A stretch of 64,000 bases of DNA from Nymphaea colorata (taxonomy: Eukaryota): assembly GCF_008831285.2 (NCBI RefSeq), contig NC_045138.2, positions 10,044,001 through 10,108,000 of the forward strand. Reading direction: 5' to 3'. Shown piece after piece: positions 24,380-38,214 of the stretch. The notes beneath the pieces were generated by a model. It worked only from the letters and a program-made list of their open reading frames with translations. It had not been told where the DNA came from and made no database searches. Every line of letters starts with the position of its first letter. Positions within the stretch are counted from its first letter, which is position 1. The translations under genes were made by a program, and so were the position numbers.

Positions 24380-25728
24380 GATTAAGGATAACTCTTTCTC
24401 ATGTCCTCTTGCAAATCAACTTCTTCAATTTTCTCTAGAATCTCGAATGGACCAATGTATCTTTGTTACGTATGGGCGTAGCAACTAACAATTCATAAGG
24501 CATATCCTTTTTTTTCTAACTTTAAATGTTCAGCAAAACTCTTCGAAACAAAAGAATGCGATACACCAGAGTCAAACAGAATACGAGCCCAATGAGATTG
24601 TACAAGAAGGGTACCTTCAATTCATGTCGGTAGATTTCAAATCCTCTACCGTAGTTGCATAAACTCTCCCAGTTACCTTCTTCTCTGCTGGTTGGTTGGC
24701 TGCACCTCGCGTCTGCTCAACCTCTATCTTCTTTGGGCACTCAGGAATAAAATGTCCTCGCGTTCCGCAATAAAGACATGCCCTGACCTCTCTGTAACAT
24801 GGTTTGCCCGGGTGTTGGCGATGACATGTGGGACATTCCTCGACCTGCCTGGATGTTGATGGCCTTTGTCTCTTGAATCTATCCCCTTTGTTCACCTTGT
24901 CACTGCGCATGTCTGGCCTCGACTTGGATCGCAGAAATTTACTCCTCTTGTTTGTCTCTTGCATCATGTTCTAGCCTCCTCAAGACGTGTGGCCATGTCG
25001 ATAGCGTCGTCTAGATCTCTCAGACGACTACTAATTACTTGGTTCTGCAACCCGTCTTTAAGTCCTCTGACGAACTTATTTGCTCGTTCCGCATCAACAG
25101 TATACACATGGGGGCAATATTTTTCTAAATGTTTGAATTTGATGATGTATTCGTGCAGACTCAGACTCCCTTATTGAAGGTCCAGGAATTCTTGCATGCG
25201 TTTCTCCCGTGTGAAGGTTGGGATGTAGGCATGTGTGAAGGCTTCCTTGAATTCTCCCCAAGTCGCTTCGTGATTTGCGAACTTCACTTCACGTTGCGTC
25301 CGCCACCATTCCTTAGCATCTCCTTTTAGCATAAAGGTTCCATACTGAACCTTCTTGTTGTCAGACACATCCAGAGTGGTAAAGATCTCCTCGGTTTCTA
25401 TTATCCACTGTTCAGCATCGTCAGCAGTGTCTTTCCCATGAAACTTTGGAGGGTGCAGGCTCATAAACTGTTGGTGAGTTACTCCCCTTGCCTCACCATT
25501 TGTCGTTCCGTTTGTGTCTGTACTAGTTCCTCCTGCAGAAGCATTCTGCACCAAACCCTGCATCAATCCCGTAATCATCTTCAATGTGTTCATGATGAAC
25601 GCTTGTTGTTGTTGATTATCTCCAACAGGTGTCCCAGCTCTGGTAGAACGAGTCTCCACATTTCGACTCCTAGTGCTGCGAGGTCCTCTGCCTCTGCCTC
25701 TAGCACTTCCTTCTCTAGTACGAGCCAT
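24380..25728 (-). pseudogene. Disrupted gag plus aspartic-protease start fused to the integrase tail; RT, RNase H and integrase core deleted
   Basis: MARTREG...PPKFHGKDTADDAEQWIIETEEIF...AKEWW (retrotransposon gag), with in-frame stops at 25171 and ~24970. Zinc knuckle CLYCGTRGHFIPEC; after a frameshift, ILFDSGVSHSFVS (protease active site); within ~100 nt, RYIGPFEILEKI (integrase C-terminus), then the PPT. Confidence 0.88.
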
Positions 25729-25918
25729 TGAACTACACCGCACGGAGGAGCACAAAATATAACTATTGTATTCGTAAGTAAAATGATTCGTTAACACTAC
25801 TCTAAAATTTTAAAACTCAATATTCACACTAAATCAAAAACACATTCGTGACAGGCTTGGATGACCTTTCCTCTGCATGTGATCGACCTTGGCATTGGAC
25901 ATTGACTCTAGACACTGT

Positions 25919-25930
25919 GCTCTGATACCA
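25919..25930 (-). other. Primer-binding site complementary to tRNA-iMet 3' end
   Basis: TGGTATCAGAGC, 4 nt downstream of the LTR end. Confidence 0.9.
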
Positions 25931-25934
25931 AAGC

Positions 25935-28900
25935 TGTCACGACCCAATTTTTGACACCAAAAAATTTCTTTCATTTATATAATAGCGGAAGCAATATTGA
26001 GTCATGACCAGAACATAAAGAAATCAGACATTGTTTTATTTCAATAATAAAATACTTGGACCCAAACAAAAATAACCACAAATCCTCAAAACCGACGCAG
26101 TGTCCAGAATGCCAATGCCCATCCACCACAAGACTGAAGATCGTCGCTCCAGAACCAAAATCTATCAATGACTACCTGTAGGTATAGAAAGAAGGGTCAG
26201 AATTCCTCTGAGTATGAGAAAATCCAGCCATAAATGGAACATGGCCCAACAAAATATTATTTACTTTGTAAAACAAATATCTTCAAATCTTAGCACATAT
26301 TGGAGTTACGTCACATCATCGGAAACAGAAAGAGGTGTGCACAACCTTCAAAATTTCGTAGGCTTCCAACCGTGGTTCTCTGACAATGTCAAGGTCATCG
26401 TGCCGACCAACAGAAATCCCCGTGGGCACTCACGGGCAGAACAGAACATATCTTCACCAGGTGATTCAACGGATCGAGGGTACCTGAAGTGAAGCCTCCT
26501 AAGATATCTGAGATCGCCGCTGCAGCAGCATGGTCTCTCTAGGAACCCGGAGTCTCGCTCCCAAACAAAAACAGAACTGAATCCCGGGCCCTTGTGCCGC
26601 ACAATACCCTCTGGGCCCTCCAGTACAGCCAGAGGAGTGTGACCACTACCTCCCGGGATGAAACTAAACACTGGGCAAAACAGAAATCTCGCACTCGCAT
26701 AAACCATCGCACAAAGTCCACGTTTCACCTTCGAATTTCAAAAGTGAGGGTTTGCTAATGCTAGACATCGTCTAGTACCTCTCACAGAAACCGTCCTCAG
26801 GCTCGGTTTCCCAAACAGAATAATTCAGCCATTTTAAATCTTAATTTAATGGCAATAAGGCAAAACTTATCACATCTAGAAACCTCTATTAGCCATATTG
26901 TAATCCTTATTTGAAACAATAAAATTTATATTTAATTTCTCAAAACGTGACTTTCCTCCTCTAATGGTCCCAAAGTTAATTTCAGAACCATATTTCTGAA
27001 ATTTTAAACACAACAAAGAGCATCAAAAAGTAATAAAGCATAATATTTCGTTTTTAATTTATAAAACCTCCTTTTTGTTATTTTTAAGAACTCAAAGGGT
27101 ACCAAAACGTGATTTCTTATTAAATGCATGGTTTTTGCTGAAAATCACTTTCTCAAGCCTCTTTTTTGAAGAGGTTTTCAGCAAAAACGTTGCGGCATGA
27201 ACGCTTAAAAGTTATAACAGTTTTTTCGCAAATTTTGATAATAAGGTGGACCCGCTTTGTAATTTTTCATCATTGATATAAATTTGGTCGACTCTCGTTT
27301 TTCTTCATTTCACGCCTGCGTTTTCTCTCTCCTCGCGCGAGAGCTCCTCCCTCGCGTCCTTGCTTCGTTCGACGATGGTTCCACCGGTTCTTCTGCGACC
27401 CATCACCAGCACAAGCGATCTCTTGTTCTCCCGTGAGGGCCGTCGCTCGGTTACACGCCGCTGCGCCACCAGCCGCCCGTCGCCTTCCGCCGCCGCTGTC
27501 TCCTCTGTTCTCTTCTCTCAACCAAAACCAGAGAGGTTCTCCTCCCATGACCTCCTTCCTTGTCTTCCTGTTTCGTCCAATGGTGGCTTCCATCGATCTT
27601 CAATAACCCATCACCATAGAAAACGAGACCAGAGGGAGAGATCGTCCTCCTCCCACTGTCACGCCCACTAACCATCCAACCAACGCTCGCAGTTGCCGTC
27701 CATCGTCCGACTAACGCCCTCAGCCGCCATCGCTTCCATCTCTCCTCACGGCTGCTCCTCTTTCTCGTCTTCTTCACGTGCGACCGACGGTGGAGCCTCC
27801 ACCGTTCTTCCTCAATCGAAACCAGAGAGGGATCCGTCTTCCTCTCTGGCCTTCCTCCGTGTGCAGCAAGGCGAGCGGAAGAGACCCCAACAGAGCCCTC
27901 AAGTTTCAAGCGATAGAGAGACAGAAGGGCTGTCGGGCCCTCCACTGCCCAGTTGCAACGGTAGTTGCCGCCGCCTCTTCCCTTGCTCTCTTTCTCACAA
28001 GCAGGGAGGAACGGCCGAAGCTGCGTTCCATCTGCCACCCGTGCGAGAAAGAAGGCTGGTTTTCCAGTCAATTGGGCAACAGCGTCAGCTCATCAAAGTG
28101 ATCGCTCTTTCCCTTTCTCTCTCTTATTTGTTGCTGATTTTAGATTTACCCTAAGTCGAACAGAGCAGGTTTTGCCTTCTGTAGACGACGTTCTGAACTG
28201 CTCTTCTCTTTGACTTGGTATAATCTTAATTTGGGGATGACAACAGAGTCTTTCCTCTTTCAGATTTGTATCACAATTTCTGTGGCCACCCTTTGCAAGG
28301 GTTCTCGTATATGATTACTTCCAGCGTTTTGTTCGAACACTCTAACACAGCCCTTAACATAACGTGCATGCTCAGTTTTAGGGTTGGCTGGAATCTCTGT
28401 TTCTCACATATGGAATACACCGGAGAATACAGAGGATCTCAAAACCTAACTTTAGCATGCTTCGTTCTAAAGATTGAGAGATAACTCTAATAAAGAACAT
28501 TGTATAACATATAACATGCAAGACCTCACATGGATTCTGTTACAGCATGTATATATAAGTATTTTTATCCATCATAACGCAAACAGAAAATACAAGGCTA
28601 CATGATAAGTTCATAGTTGAATCTCCCCATACCTCTTAAAATCTGAGACTAACTTCCAGCAGCAACCTCTGCTTCTGGTTCCTTTCCAGCAGCCACGAGC
28701 CTCAATCCCAACAAGAGAGCAAGAAGGAGGATGTTTCTCTCTCGTTCTCTCTCTTTAGACGTGTGGTCCTCTAAGAAAGCAGCAAGGCAAGGTTAATTGT
28801 TGTAAAATGTGGTTAAATATGCCCTTATCTCTATCTTTTCCTCAAATGTCTCCTTCTTGATAGTTTTAAGTATATCTTTCATTTGATTCTTCCCTAATTC

Positions 28901-28948
28901 ACATTCCAAATGTTTAAGGAAATCATAACAAAAATCGTGGGTCTTACA
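25935..28948 (-). repeat. Middle, shared LTR (3014 bp)
   Basis: Near-identical to 21322-24325; preceded by a PPT and followed by a PBS on the minus strand. Confidence 0.93.
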
Positions 28949-30150
28949 TTCTCCCCCCCTAAAAAGAAATTTCGTCCTCGAAATTTAAGCGTATCTTATT
29001 GAGATTAAGGATAACTCTTTCTCATGTCCTCTTGCAAATCAACTTCTTCAATTTTCTCTAGAATCTCGAATGGACCAATGTATCTTTGTTACGTATGCGC
29101 GTAGCAACTAACAATTCATAAGGCATATCCTTTTTTTTCTAACTTTAAATGTTCAACAAAACTCTTCGAAACAAAAGAATGCGATACACCAGAGTCAAAC
29201 AGAATACGAGCCCAATGAGATTGTACAAAAAGGGTACCTTCAATTCACGTCGGTAGATTTCAAATCCTCTACAGTAGTTGCATAAACTCTCCCAGGTACC
29301 TTCTTCTCTGTTGGTTGGTTGGTTGCACCTCGCGTCTGCTCAACCTCTTTCTTCTTTGGGCACTCACGAATAAAATGTCCTCGCGTTCCGCAATAAAGAC
29401 ATGCCCTGACCTCTCTGTAACATGGTTTGCCCGGGTGTTGACGATGACATGTGGGACATTCCTCAACCTGCCTGGATGTTGATGGCCTCTGTCTCTTGAA
29501 TCTATCCCCTTGGTTCACCTTGTCACTGCGCATGTGGTTAGATATGCCCTTATCTCTATCTTTTCCTCAAATGTCTCCTTCTTGATAGTTTTAAGTATAT
29601 CTTTCATTTGATTCTTCCCTAATTCACATTCCAAATGTTTAAGGAAATCATAACAAAAATCGTGGGTCTTAACAATGTTTACATCAGTTCCAATATATGT
29701 TATTATGTTTGCTTTTGGATCTGATTATATTGTAATATTTATTGTCATTCTAGATTCAAAAATCATTCTAGAGAACTATTGAATAAAGCTTTATTTACTT
29801 CTCTTTCTTATGAAAATGAATTTGTTTTCAATACATGCTCAAAAGATGTAATATAAAGTATCTTATAAAGTGCTTCCCATGTCAAAGTTTACAGCTACAG
29901 GTGAAAAATCAAGGTTTTGATACTGATTTGTACATTGGTATAAGAAAATATAGAACAATAATTTGGATATAAGTACCTATAGTTATGAGGGGTGCACCAT
30001 CCTAAATGAGAACTGTGCAATTTTCACCTGCAGAAAGAATTCTCTATGAGTCTAACAAATACAACATGGAGCCATTACAAATATACATATATACACACAC
30101 ACATATGAAAGATTTGTCATAAGATGCATACTTGAGCACAGAGGGGACAT

Positions 30151-30214
<64 letters not shown>

Positions 30215-30894
30215 ACATTCACTGGAAATCTTAGAGCTTTTTGTTGATGTGAACATACTCAGAGGGACAAAAGCATCGTAGAACACAGAGATCTCCAAGC
30301 CTTCTCAGCCAGTCCCTTTTAAAGCAGGTTTGGGGATGATCTTTGAAGTCCTTCATGGCAGCCAGAACACGAAGCAGATGTTGCCAGATGATAACTATTC
30401 ATGTCATTGAGGTCGTCTGCTGAGCCACAAAGCTGCAGGATTGGAGGAGGGAGCCGCCATGAGGGAAAACAAGGAGGAGAGTGGCTTCGGTGGAACAATG
30501 TCGTGATGTTTTTGGAAATCACCTCAATGGACAATTTTTTTCATCCATGTTTGATGGGCAGGAAAAAACTTGAAAAATGGAATCTTATTATTTATTTCGA
30601 TGGCATAGCGATCAATGATCAAATGTTATGGAAAACGGAAATAGAAAGCAAGTAAAAAGGGCACGGTCGATTCTCGATTGATTTAAGAGCTTCAATAAGA
30701 CATATTTGAGAAAAAATACTGTATTTATTTAAAGAAATCCATTTAAAAATAAGCATTGCAGTTCCGCATCTCTAATAATTCACGAGAAACTTGGGATGGA
30801 ATTAAACATTTTAAGTTTTATAAAATTGTAGAAATTTATTAAACAAGCAAAAGATCTTTATCTAAACATGTAGCGTTAAACTTTGAAGACTAAC

Positions 30895-30970
<76 letters not shown>

Positions 30971-31361
30971 TCAAAATGCACATTAAGTAGATGATTAGAA
31001 AGAAAATTGCTGAAAGGTTTGCTGCATTATGCCAATAGACCCCGTTCATTTGGTGCCTGTGACGAGGCAAGCATCAGCAATACTTCTCTTTTTCATATGA
31101 ATATTTCAGATATAGCAAATTGCTTTTAGGTTACAACCTAATTTGAGCCGAGCTTGGGTTTCAGGTGTAGGGCCGGCCCGATGTCCAGGCTTAGTTGCCG
31201 GAGTCCAATAGATATTTAGTGGTCCTCAAGTATTCAGAAGTTTCATAGCAATTTAGCTTCCATGTGCGATCAGCTATGTCTTCTTTAAACATGCACAAAC
31301 ACAATCAATTGTGACGCTACAACACAATCTCCATGTATACTCCCAAATAGATGAAAATACC

Positions 31362-32062
31362 TTAGCAGGAAGAACACCAAACTTGGATGGTCCCCTTGAG
31401 CCAAAAGGACTAGTGGGTATTATAGAAAAATCTGTTGGATGCTAAAGGATGCTCCCTGATATTAAAAGTTTTCTCAATTCTTCAGCAAGCAATGCTAAAG
31501 GATGCTCCTTGGTTACTTCTGATGCACCATCAGCATCCATAAGTCATGAGGGTGCATTTTCTTTTGGACCTGCACCCACGTCGACGCGATGCCGGTGCAA
31601 CCTAGATTCGCACCCAACTAAGTCGGGTGTGGTCAAACCGGAATGGAATTTATACCGAGATTCAGCATCATGGCCACAAGCAGGTATGTGGCTCTTTCCT
31701 TCTTCTTCCTTGAAGCCTGCTCCAAGTTCACCACCGGAATTGTCATCCCAAACCCTCATTTCCAGCTTCTTCCACCCCACGGGCTTCCGGTTCTCCTCCT
31801 GCCTCCTCCTCTCTCTGCTCTAAACTTGAGCCCCTGCCATTTCCCTCCGCTACTCTACCACGAAGCGCACAGTCAGCCTCCTCAAGCCCAATCTGCATTC
31901 CGGCCGCCTGACGAACAAGATGCATTCGGTTCCCAGCTGGGTCTCCCACCGACGAAGACCGGAATCCGGTCCAGCCGGCAGGTCATCGACGCTGCAGCAG
32001 CGAAATATTCTTCATCATCTTCCCCGTGCAGGTCTCAGTACGGTGCCCCCTTCCACGAGATC
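31362..32062 (-). pseudogene. GC-rich decayed exon-like fragment of an unidentified acidic/Gly-rich protein
   Basis: Flanked by a pyrimidine-rich acceptor (CTCTCCTTGCAG, ~32062) and a donor (AAG|GTATTT, ~31362). Broken reading MMKNISLLQRR*...EEEAGGEPEARGVEEAGNEGLG*...; no recognisable domain. Confidence 0.3.
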
Positions 32063-32483
32063 TGCAAGGAGAGAGAGAGAGAGAGGCACTTGTTGAAAGG
32101 CGAAGAAGACCGCGAGCACTTGGGAATGGAGTTAGCTACTTAAAGTTTACACGGTCATTACTTATAGGCCCTCCAACTTCCTAGTATTTACCCAAAAAGC
32201 CCTTCTCCTCTGCGGACGATCAATCCATCGTATGGATTGTTTGTATCGGGGATAGCGTTTGCAAACCCACGGTTTTTGCATTTAACAATGGACATGAAAC
32301 CCACTGATTTCGCGGCAATACGGATCTCGGATCAAATTTGAGTCTACCCAACTTAGCTTTAATCGCCAAAAAATCATCCAATACTTCTTTAATCGCCGAG
32401 CACCGGTTTGTTTTTCCGGTGGCAGAGATTGAGTTATACTAGTCTCGGTTAAACTGTTAATGCAGGGTCATCATTGTTAATAT

Positions 32484-32526
<43 letters not shown>

Positions 32527-34499
32527 ACTAGTAATAATAATAATAATAAATACTCTCGCTGCATTGCCGGACCTAAATTTTTTGAGATGTGCTGCACCGA
32601 CACCCCGCACCTTGGTGATACAGCGTAAAACCTAAGAGTAACAATGAGCATAATGCAAGCATCATATAAAGCCGAGATGGACCCTAAACTTGAAGACGGT
32701 TAGAAATCACACAAGGACTACATTTTAGTGGCAGAACTAATGCCAGGAAGGAGTTTTTATAATAGAGAAGCCACTCCTATGTGGACACTTATCCATGCCC
32801 GTTACTTGCCCTGCCTCTATGGGTCAGTTGTCAAAAGAGTACAAATCTGAGTCAAGGCACCTACAGCACATATTCAGGAAAAAAAACGACCAAACTCTAA
32901 TACGTGTGGCATATACATATATATTCTAAATGAATGGTCCATCAAATGTATGAGGGTAGTACAGATATGGTTAGTATGTCAATGCATTTTTTTTCAAGGG
33001 AATGGTGTATCGTGCAGGAGTATGGCTCTTTAGTAAACCAACAAAATAGGACGTATATATACAAAACATGAATAAAAATACTCAAAAAGAAAATGCTATG
33101 ATGACGTGATGCATGCCTCAGGATTTATCAAACAATGGAAACTGGTAAGAAATGACTACCAATAAAAAAAGTGCATCACTAATATAGGACATGAATTACA
33201 AAGTATGAGCAATAAGAGATAAGTTGGTATATATCACCCAACATTAAATCATGGCGAACAATGTCAAGTAACAAATGGCATGTACAATCGAAACTAAAAA
33301 TTTTAGGTGAACATGCTCAAGTTTGGGTTGGTATAAAAAAACACGTTTAGATGAGGACTTCTTTCAATTTATTGTGATTTTTGGTATCTAATCCAGTCAG
33401 TTAAATGAAAAAAATTCAAACCTGGGTACGCTGTTGTTACTACCCCTTCAAAAAGTTGAATGTGTTTTTAAAACATTTTCAATGGCAAATTCCAAAGATA
33501 CTCAATCCTGTCAATAGATCAGGAGGTTCACGGTTATTTATGACAATGAAAAAGATATAATCACTAGCATCACTGTCTTCAGGAAATATCATTATCACTC
33601 TTTAGTAGTTAACAAACCATACAAAAACTGATATGTAAGTTGCATGCAAAAGGATGCTACACCCTTCCCGTTTAAATTTTGAGTCTGAGTACATAAAGTT
33701 TTTATATGATCAGGCGCTTGCATAGAAATTATGTAGATACAAGTTATTTGTTGCTTGTGTGCTTGAAGAAGCTGCTTCGTATTAGAGCTTACAAACATCT
33801 GCATCAGGAGATGCATGGAAGGGACATGTACTCCCACAATGCATTTATATGCTAATGGTAGAAAATAGTCACTTACTGGTGCAAATGCATACTTGATAGA
33901 AGAAGACATGTAAACCTCAACCTAGTCTCGATCTGACACCCTCCCCTACACACAATGATATATGAAAAACTGAAGTGGAAAAAACCAAGCTGTTACAGTA
34001 ACTTCAAAAGATACCCCTATACCTTATTAATACTTAAAAACATTAACATAAACCCACTTATGCACATTTTTATTGAATTATAGAATATGAATTTGTAGAT
34101 CTTCCAATAATAAAATTGTTTATGAAAGTTCAAAATGTAAGAATAAATTCATAAAGTAGTAAGACTATAAGAAACCAATTCATTAGCATCCTGAAGAAAC
34201 ACAAATCAGGTATTTTAAATGCATTTGCCTGATGAAAATTAAGAGCATTTCTTCCACCGTGGCAACAAAAAATTTTACATGAAAATGAACACAATTAGAC
34301 ATGCGTTCATATCCATCTAGACCTACAAGTAAAACACCTCACACATTTGCCCGAATCAACAAAAGCTTTAAACACAATTAGACATGCGTTCATGTCCAAT
34401 GCTCAAATTTTAGGGGCAGAAGTTGTGTTGACTACCTTCATTCCATTACTCAATGATAACAAACTCAACACTAAGTTTGTGATGTCATAGAAAAGTAGG

Positions 34500-36890
34500 T
34501 TAAAGACGCTCGGTTAAGATAGATTAATCGCTCAAGTTTAATCTTTTATCCAGATTTTGAGATAGACAGGTTGATGAAAAATTCAAGACTCAACATGAGT
34601 GGAATATGTTTGAGCAGTTTTATCCGTTGTGTGAACAGACTAGTGGTTTGGTAATGAAAATAACATATTTCAAGAACAAAGAGGGGCTGGGAGATTGTGA
34701 TATGCCCAAGAAGAAGGAAACACAAGAGATGTCAAGTTTTTACTTTGAAATAACTCATAAATCATCAATTTAAATCATAAGATTGAGTGTTCATGTTGTG
34801 CAAAAGATATGTCCTTCATTTACCCTAAGTACCTTACAAGCATCAGGATGCATTTCACATCAATGTTGTTGAATCTCTAGAAAAGATGTCTTAAAATTTC
34901 CAAAATATGAACATAAGTGAACCATCCTCAATGTTTTAGAAAATAAAAAAGAGTAGAAGATATTGACCCAAGGATTGCACATCTATGAAAGACTCAGCCT
35001 AAATGCCATTCATCTCTTAGAAGGCATCTTTTAGGTTTTTCTTGGTTTTTTTTTTCATTTTTTTCGTATTCGGTTTTTTTTTTCTTGCTTTTGATTTTCC
35101 TTAGGCCGACCTTCATCATTAAGGGAATACATCACCACCCCAAAGGCTACTATGGAGCTCCACCACTTATCTTTGTCATGTATCCAAACCTGCTTCACCT
35201 TACGAGTGTTCAACACACCAAAAGTTCATCAGTCATCATCTTCATGTATAAGACATAAATCACCTATATGTTTAACTGGTACTCTTGATTACTGACCTAA
35301 AGGAATGACTACACAAGCCCTGAGCCCATCTCTCAACTCTCATTTTGCTATCTGACAAGATTTTGTAGGCTTTATGGCTTCTCTCTTAGGATATTTACCT
35401 GCTAACCCTTGCAGAAGTTTAATTCACTAGAGTCAATAACCTTACCTAGTCTTGACTTTCTCAGCTTCATAAAATTTTCCTCATTGCACATATCTAGGAC
35501 TTTTCCAAACTTCCTCTTCCAATGATTGACAACAAAAACTTGAAACTTTCGCCTTTTACTCAATGAGGTACTAAGAATAAAATGAAGACATATCATTGGG
35601 TGAGAAGACCATTTAAAAATGTTTTTTAGGCAAAAATTAAAAATTTCCTCTTCAAAAGAAGCTCTTGGCTTCAAATGATATATCACCTGGAATTAGGATA
35701 ACAAACTTCATCAACTCCCCTGTAAAAGTAGGGGACTTCTACACAAAAGGTTAGTTTAAAGGTAACTAGTTCTCTCATAAATGTCAGGTCCTCGACTGAT
35801 TGGAAGTTTTGAAAATGATTGGTTTAAACACATCTATTTTCTCAGACAAACTACTAGGATTGGATTGCAGAAAAGCTTGACCTTAAAGGAAAATAAACTT
35901 TCATGAATTCACCTCGTGTTGGATAGAAATATTGAATTGGACAATCGATTTGAGAGCATACTAGCTTTGAACAACTTGTTTTGGCAAGAAAGGGGCTTAT
36001 GAGGTAAAAGGGACAACTCATGTTGAAATAATAGGCCACTAGGGTCTGCCACTGGGGTCTGATCTTTCTCGTGAATCAACAAATCAGCAATAGAAAGAAC
36101 ATTTTTGTTCAGCATCCACAATAATTTCATCAAAAAATTGGGATGCATACCAAATGTAAACCTGCTAATGAACCTTAGCACCAGCATTTAGATGCAGCTA
36201 TTTTCAGCACTCCTCCAATAGAAGAATCAGTAAATTTCTAGCTGAACGCCACACTAACGCAAAAAAAATTACCAAACAATTGGTGAGCATGTTGGCCACC
36301 AATCACCAACCTGGCTTCAGTAGGTGTGCAGTCAGCAGCACGATAATAGTCTCTCCATCAAGGGCAGCAGCTATCTTTCCTCAAGAAATCGACAATTTAT
36401 AGCTTTAGTAATCACCAAATAGTTGGTGAACACCACATGCATGAACCAGCAAAAAACTTGTACTCACAATCGGCAAATGAAAGCCCAAACTAGAGCTCTG
36501 ATACCATAAAAATCTAACTGACGACAGTCACATATATAAACCCACGGTGAATCTCAATGAAAAACACTAAGTTCAAAGTGACCAAGAAAATAGAGAATGA
36601 AAAATATTATTGAATCACAAAAAAAGCTGTGGAAAACAACTTCCTTATAATGATGGCAGAAACAACAACTATATATACATTATAGGCAATCAAATAATTA
36701 AGGAATAAATAGAGAAAAAATAGAAGATAGAAAATAACTAGCAGCAAAAGGAGCTGGAAACATACAAAAATTAAAATATAAAATATAAAAATACATATAC
36801 ACATATATACATATACATGTATCACACACATTTGATTATAGGCAGTATAATATACACACACATGAATGTTTAACATGTTTTCTAATACTC
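34500..36890 (-). mobile_element. Highly degenerate LTR-retrotransposon remnant with a tRNA-iMet PBS at 36506->36495
   Basis: Perfect TGGTATCAGAGC PBS; a downstream KVKQVWIHDKD fragment resembles copia/SIRE gag-protease linkers. Boundaries are uncertain. Confidence 0.4.
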
Positions 36891-38214
36891 AGTCGAACCA
36901 TCAAATTCAAAAATCAAACACAAATATTGCATTCTACTCTATCCCCATTCATTGTGCTTTAAGCTTAATAAATCAAGAATTCAAGCAAAAACGAAGAAAA
37001 ACAGATTACTAGGAATAAAAACACACCCAAAAAAAAGGAATTGTACCTATATTTACTAAGGTTTACTAAATATAGGATATAAAATTTCACACACAAAAAA
37101 AAAGTCAAATCAACAAAGCAAACAAAAATACAAACCTTTCCACCTGCAAGGTTAACAACAAAGATCCAAAATTCTAAAAAAGGATGATGTAAAATAATGT
37201 TGCAAATCCAACGTAATTTGTTCGACAAAAAACTGGTGTCCATTTTATAAATATCAAAGAAGTTCCAATTAAAAAAAAATTAATTTTGTTTTATATTTTA
37301 AAACGATTTTTAATCTGGTGAAAATTTTGTTGGAAACACAGAAGAACAACTACAATTCCTACAATACTTAAAAAATAATCCTAAAAAATTAAAATTCTCT
37401 GTTCTTCAAGAATAACAAATGGCATTAGCAGGTCAAAAACCAGAAGAAAATACTGAAACATTGCGGACAGTCAATCAAAAAATAAACACCCATTGTGCAC
37501 AATTAGAGTAGATAATAAAATTAGGACACTCATGAACAGTTGATTTTTCCCATGGCTATGCAATTACCATTGACTAATGACTTCAATAACCATAATAATC
37601 TCTGGTCATCGCCCATTGGAAACTAGACTATACGTAGACAAATAAATACTGAATATTAAAATTCAAATACGAAGCAAGAATCAGACAACAGAAAATCATG
37701 GTTCCGCTGATGTGCACACTCACAACTCCAGTCCGGTGCTGATGTGCCTCTTGAAAGACCACGGAGCCACTGAGACCCAGTTCCAATGGTTGTCGACTGA
37801 TTCCCACCGGACTGGTAGGAGAGAGAAAGAAGAGATCCAGCAGAGAATAAAGTACACCGGACTGGTAGGAGAGAGAGAGAGAAGAGATTCGGTAAACCTG
37901 GGTCCTGAAGCCCAATGATCACACAATGGTATGACCTAAAGTCAAGGATATATCATAGGATGCTGGTAATTGCATAGTATATCCAATTGTAAATTTCACA
38001 TACTCAGAATCAATATTGTAAGCGTACTGTTCGACCAACTGTATGAAGGCTAATGTTATAACTTCAAAATCATTAGTTCGAGGGTATGGCTCTACAAAAC
38101 TCATAGAAGCATAGATAGATCCAGGATAAAGAAGTGTAAATCGAACATAATCTGTAATACTTTGCAAACTTTGCCAAGAACTATATAAAGAATAATTGGT
38201 GAAATCAGAATAAG

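Larger units (their letters stand above)
21322..29674 (-). mobile_element. Non-autonomous Ty3/gypsy (gag-only, TR-GAG-like) LTR retrotransposon in a tandem three-LTR arrangement
   Basis: LTRs at 21322-24325 and 25935-28948 (TG...CA, near-identical), plus a third LTR fragment at ~29532-29674. PBS at 25930->25919; PPTs adjacent to 24326 and 28949. 5-bp TSD ATGTT at 21317-21321 and 29675-29679. Confidence 0.93.
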
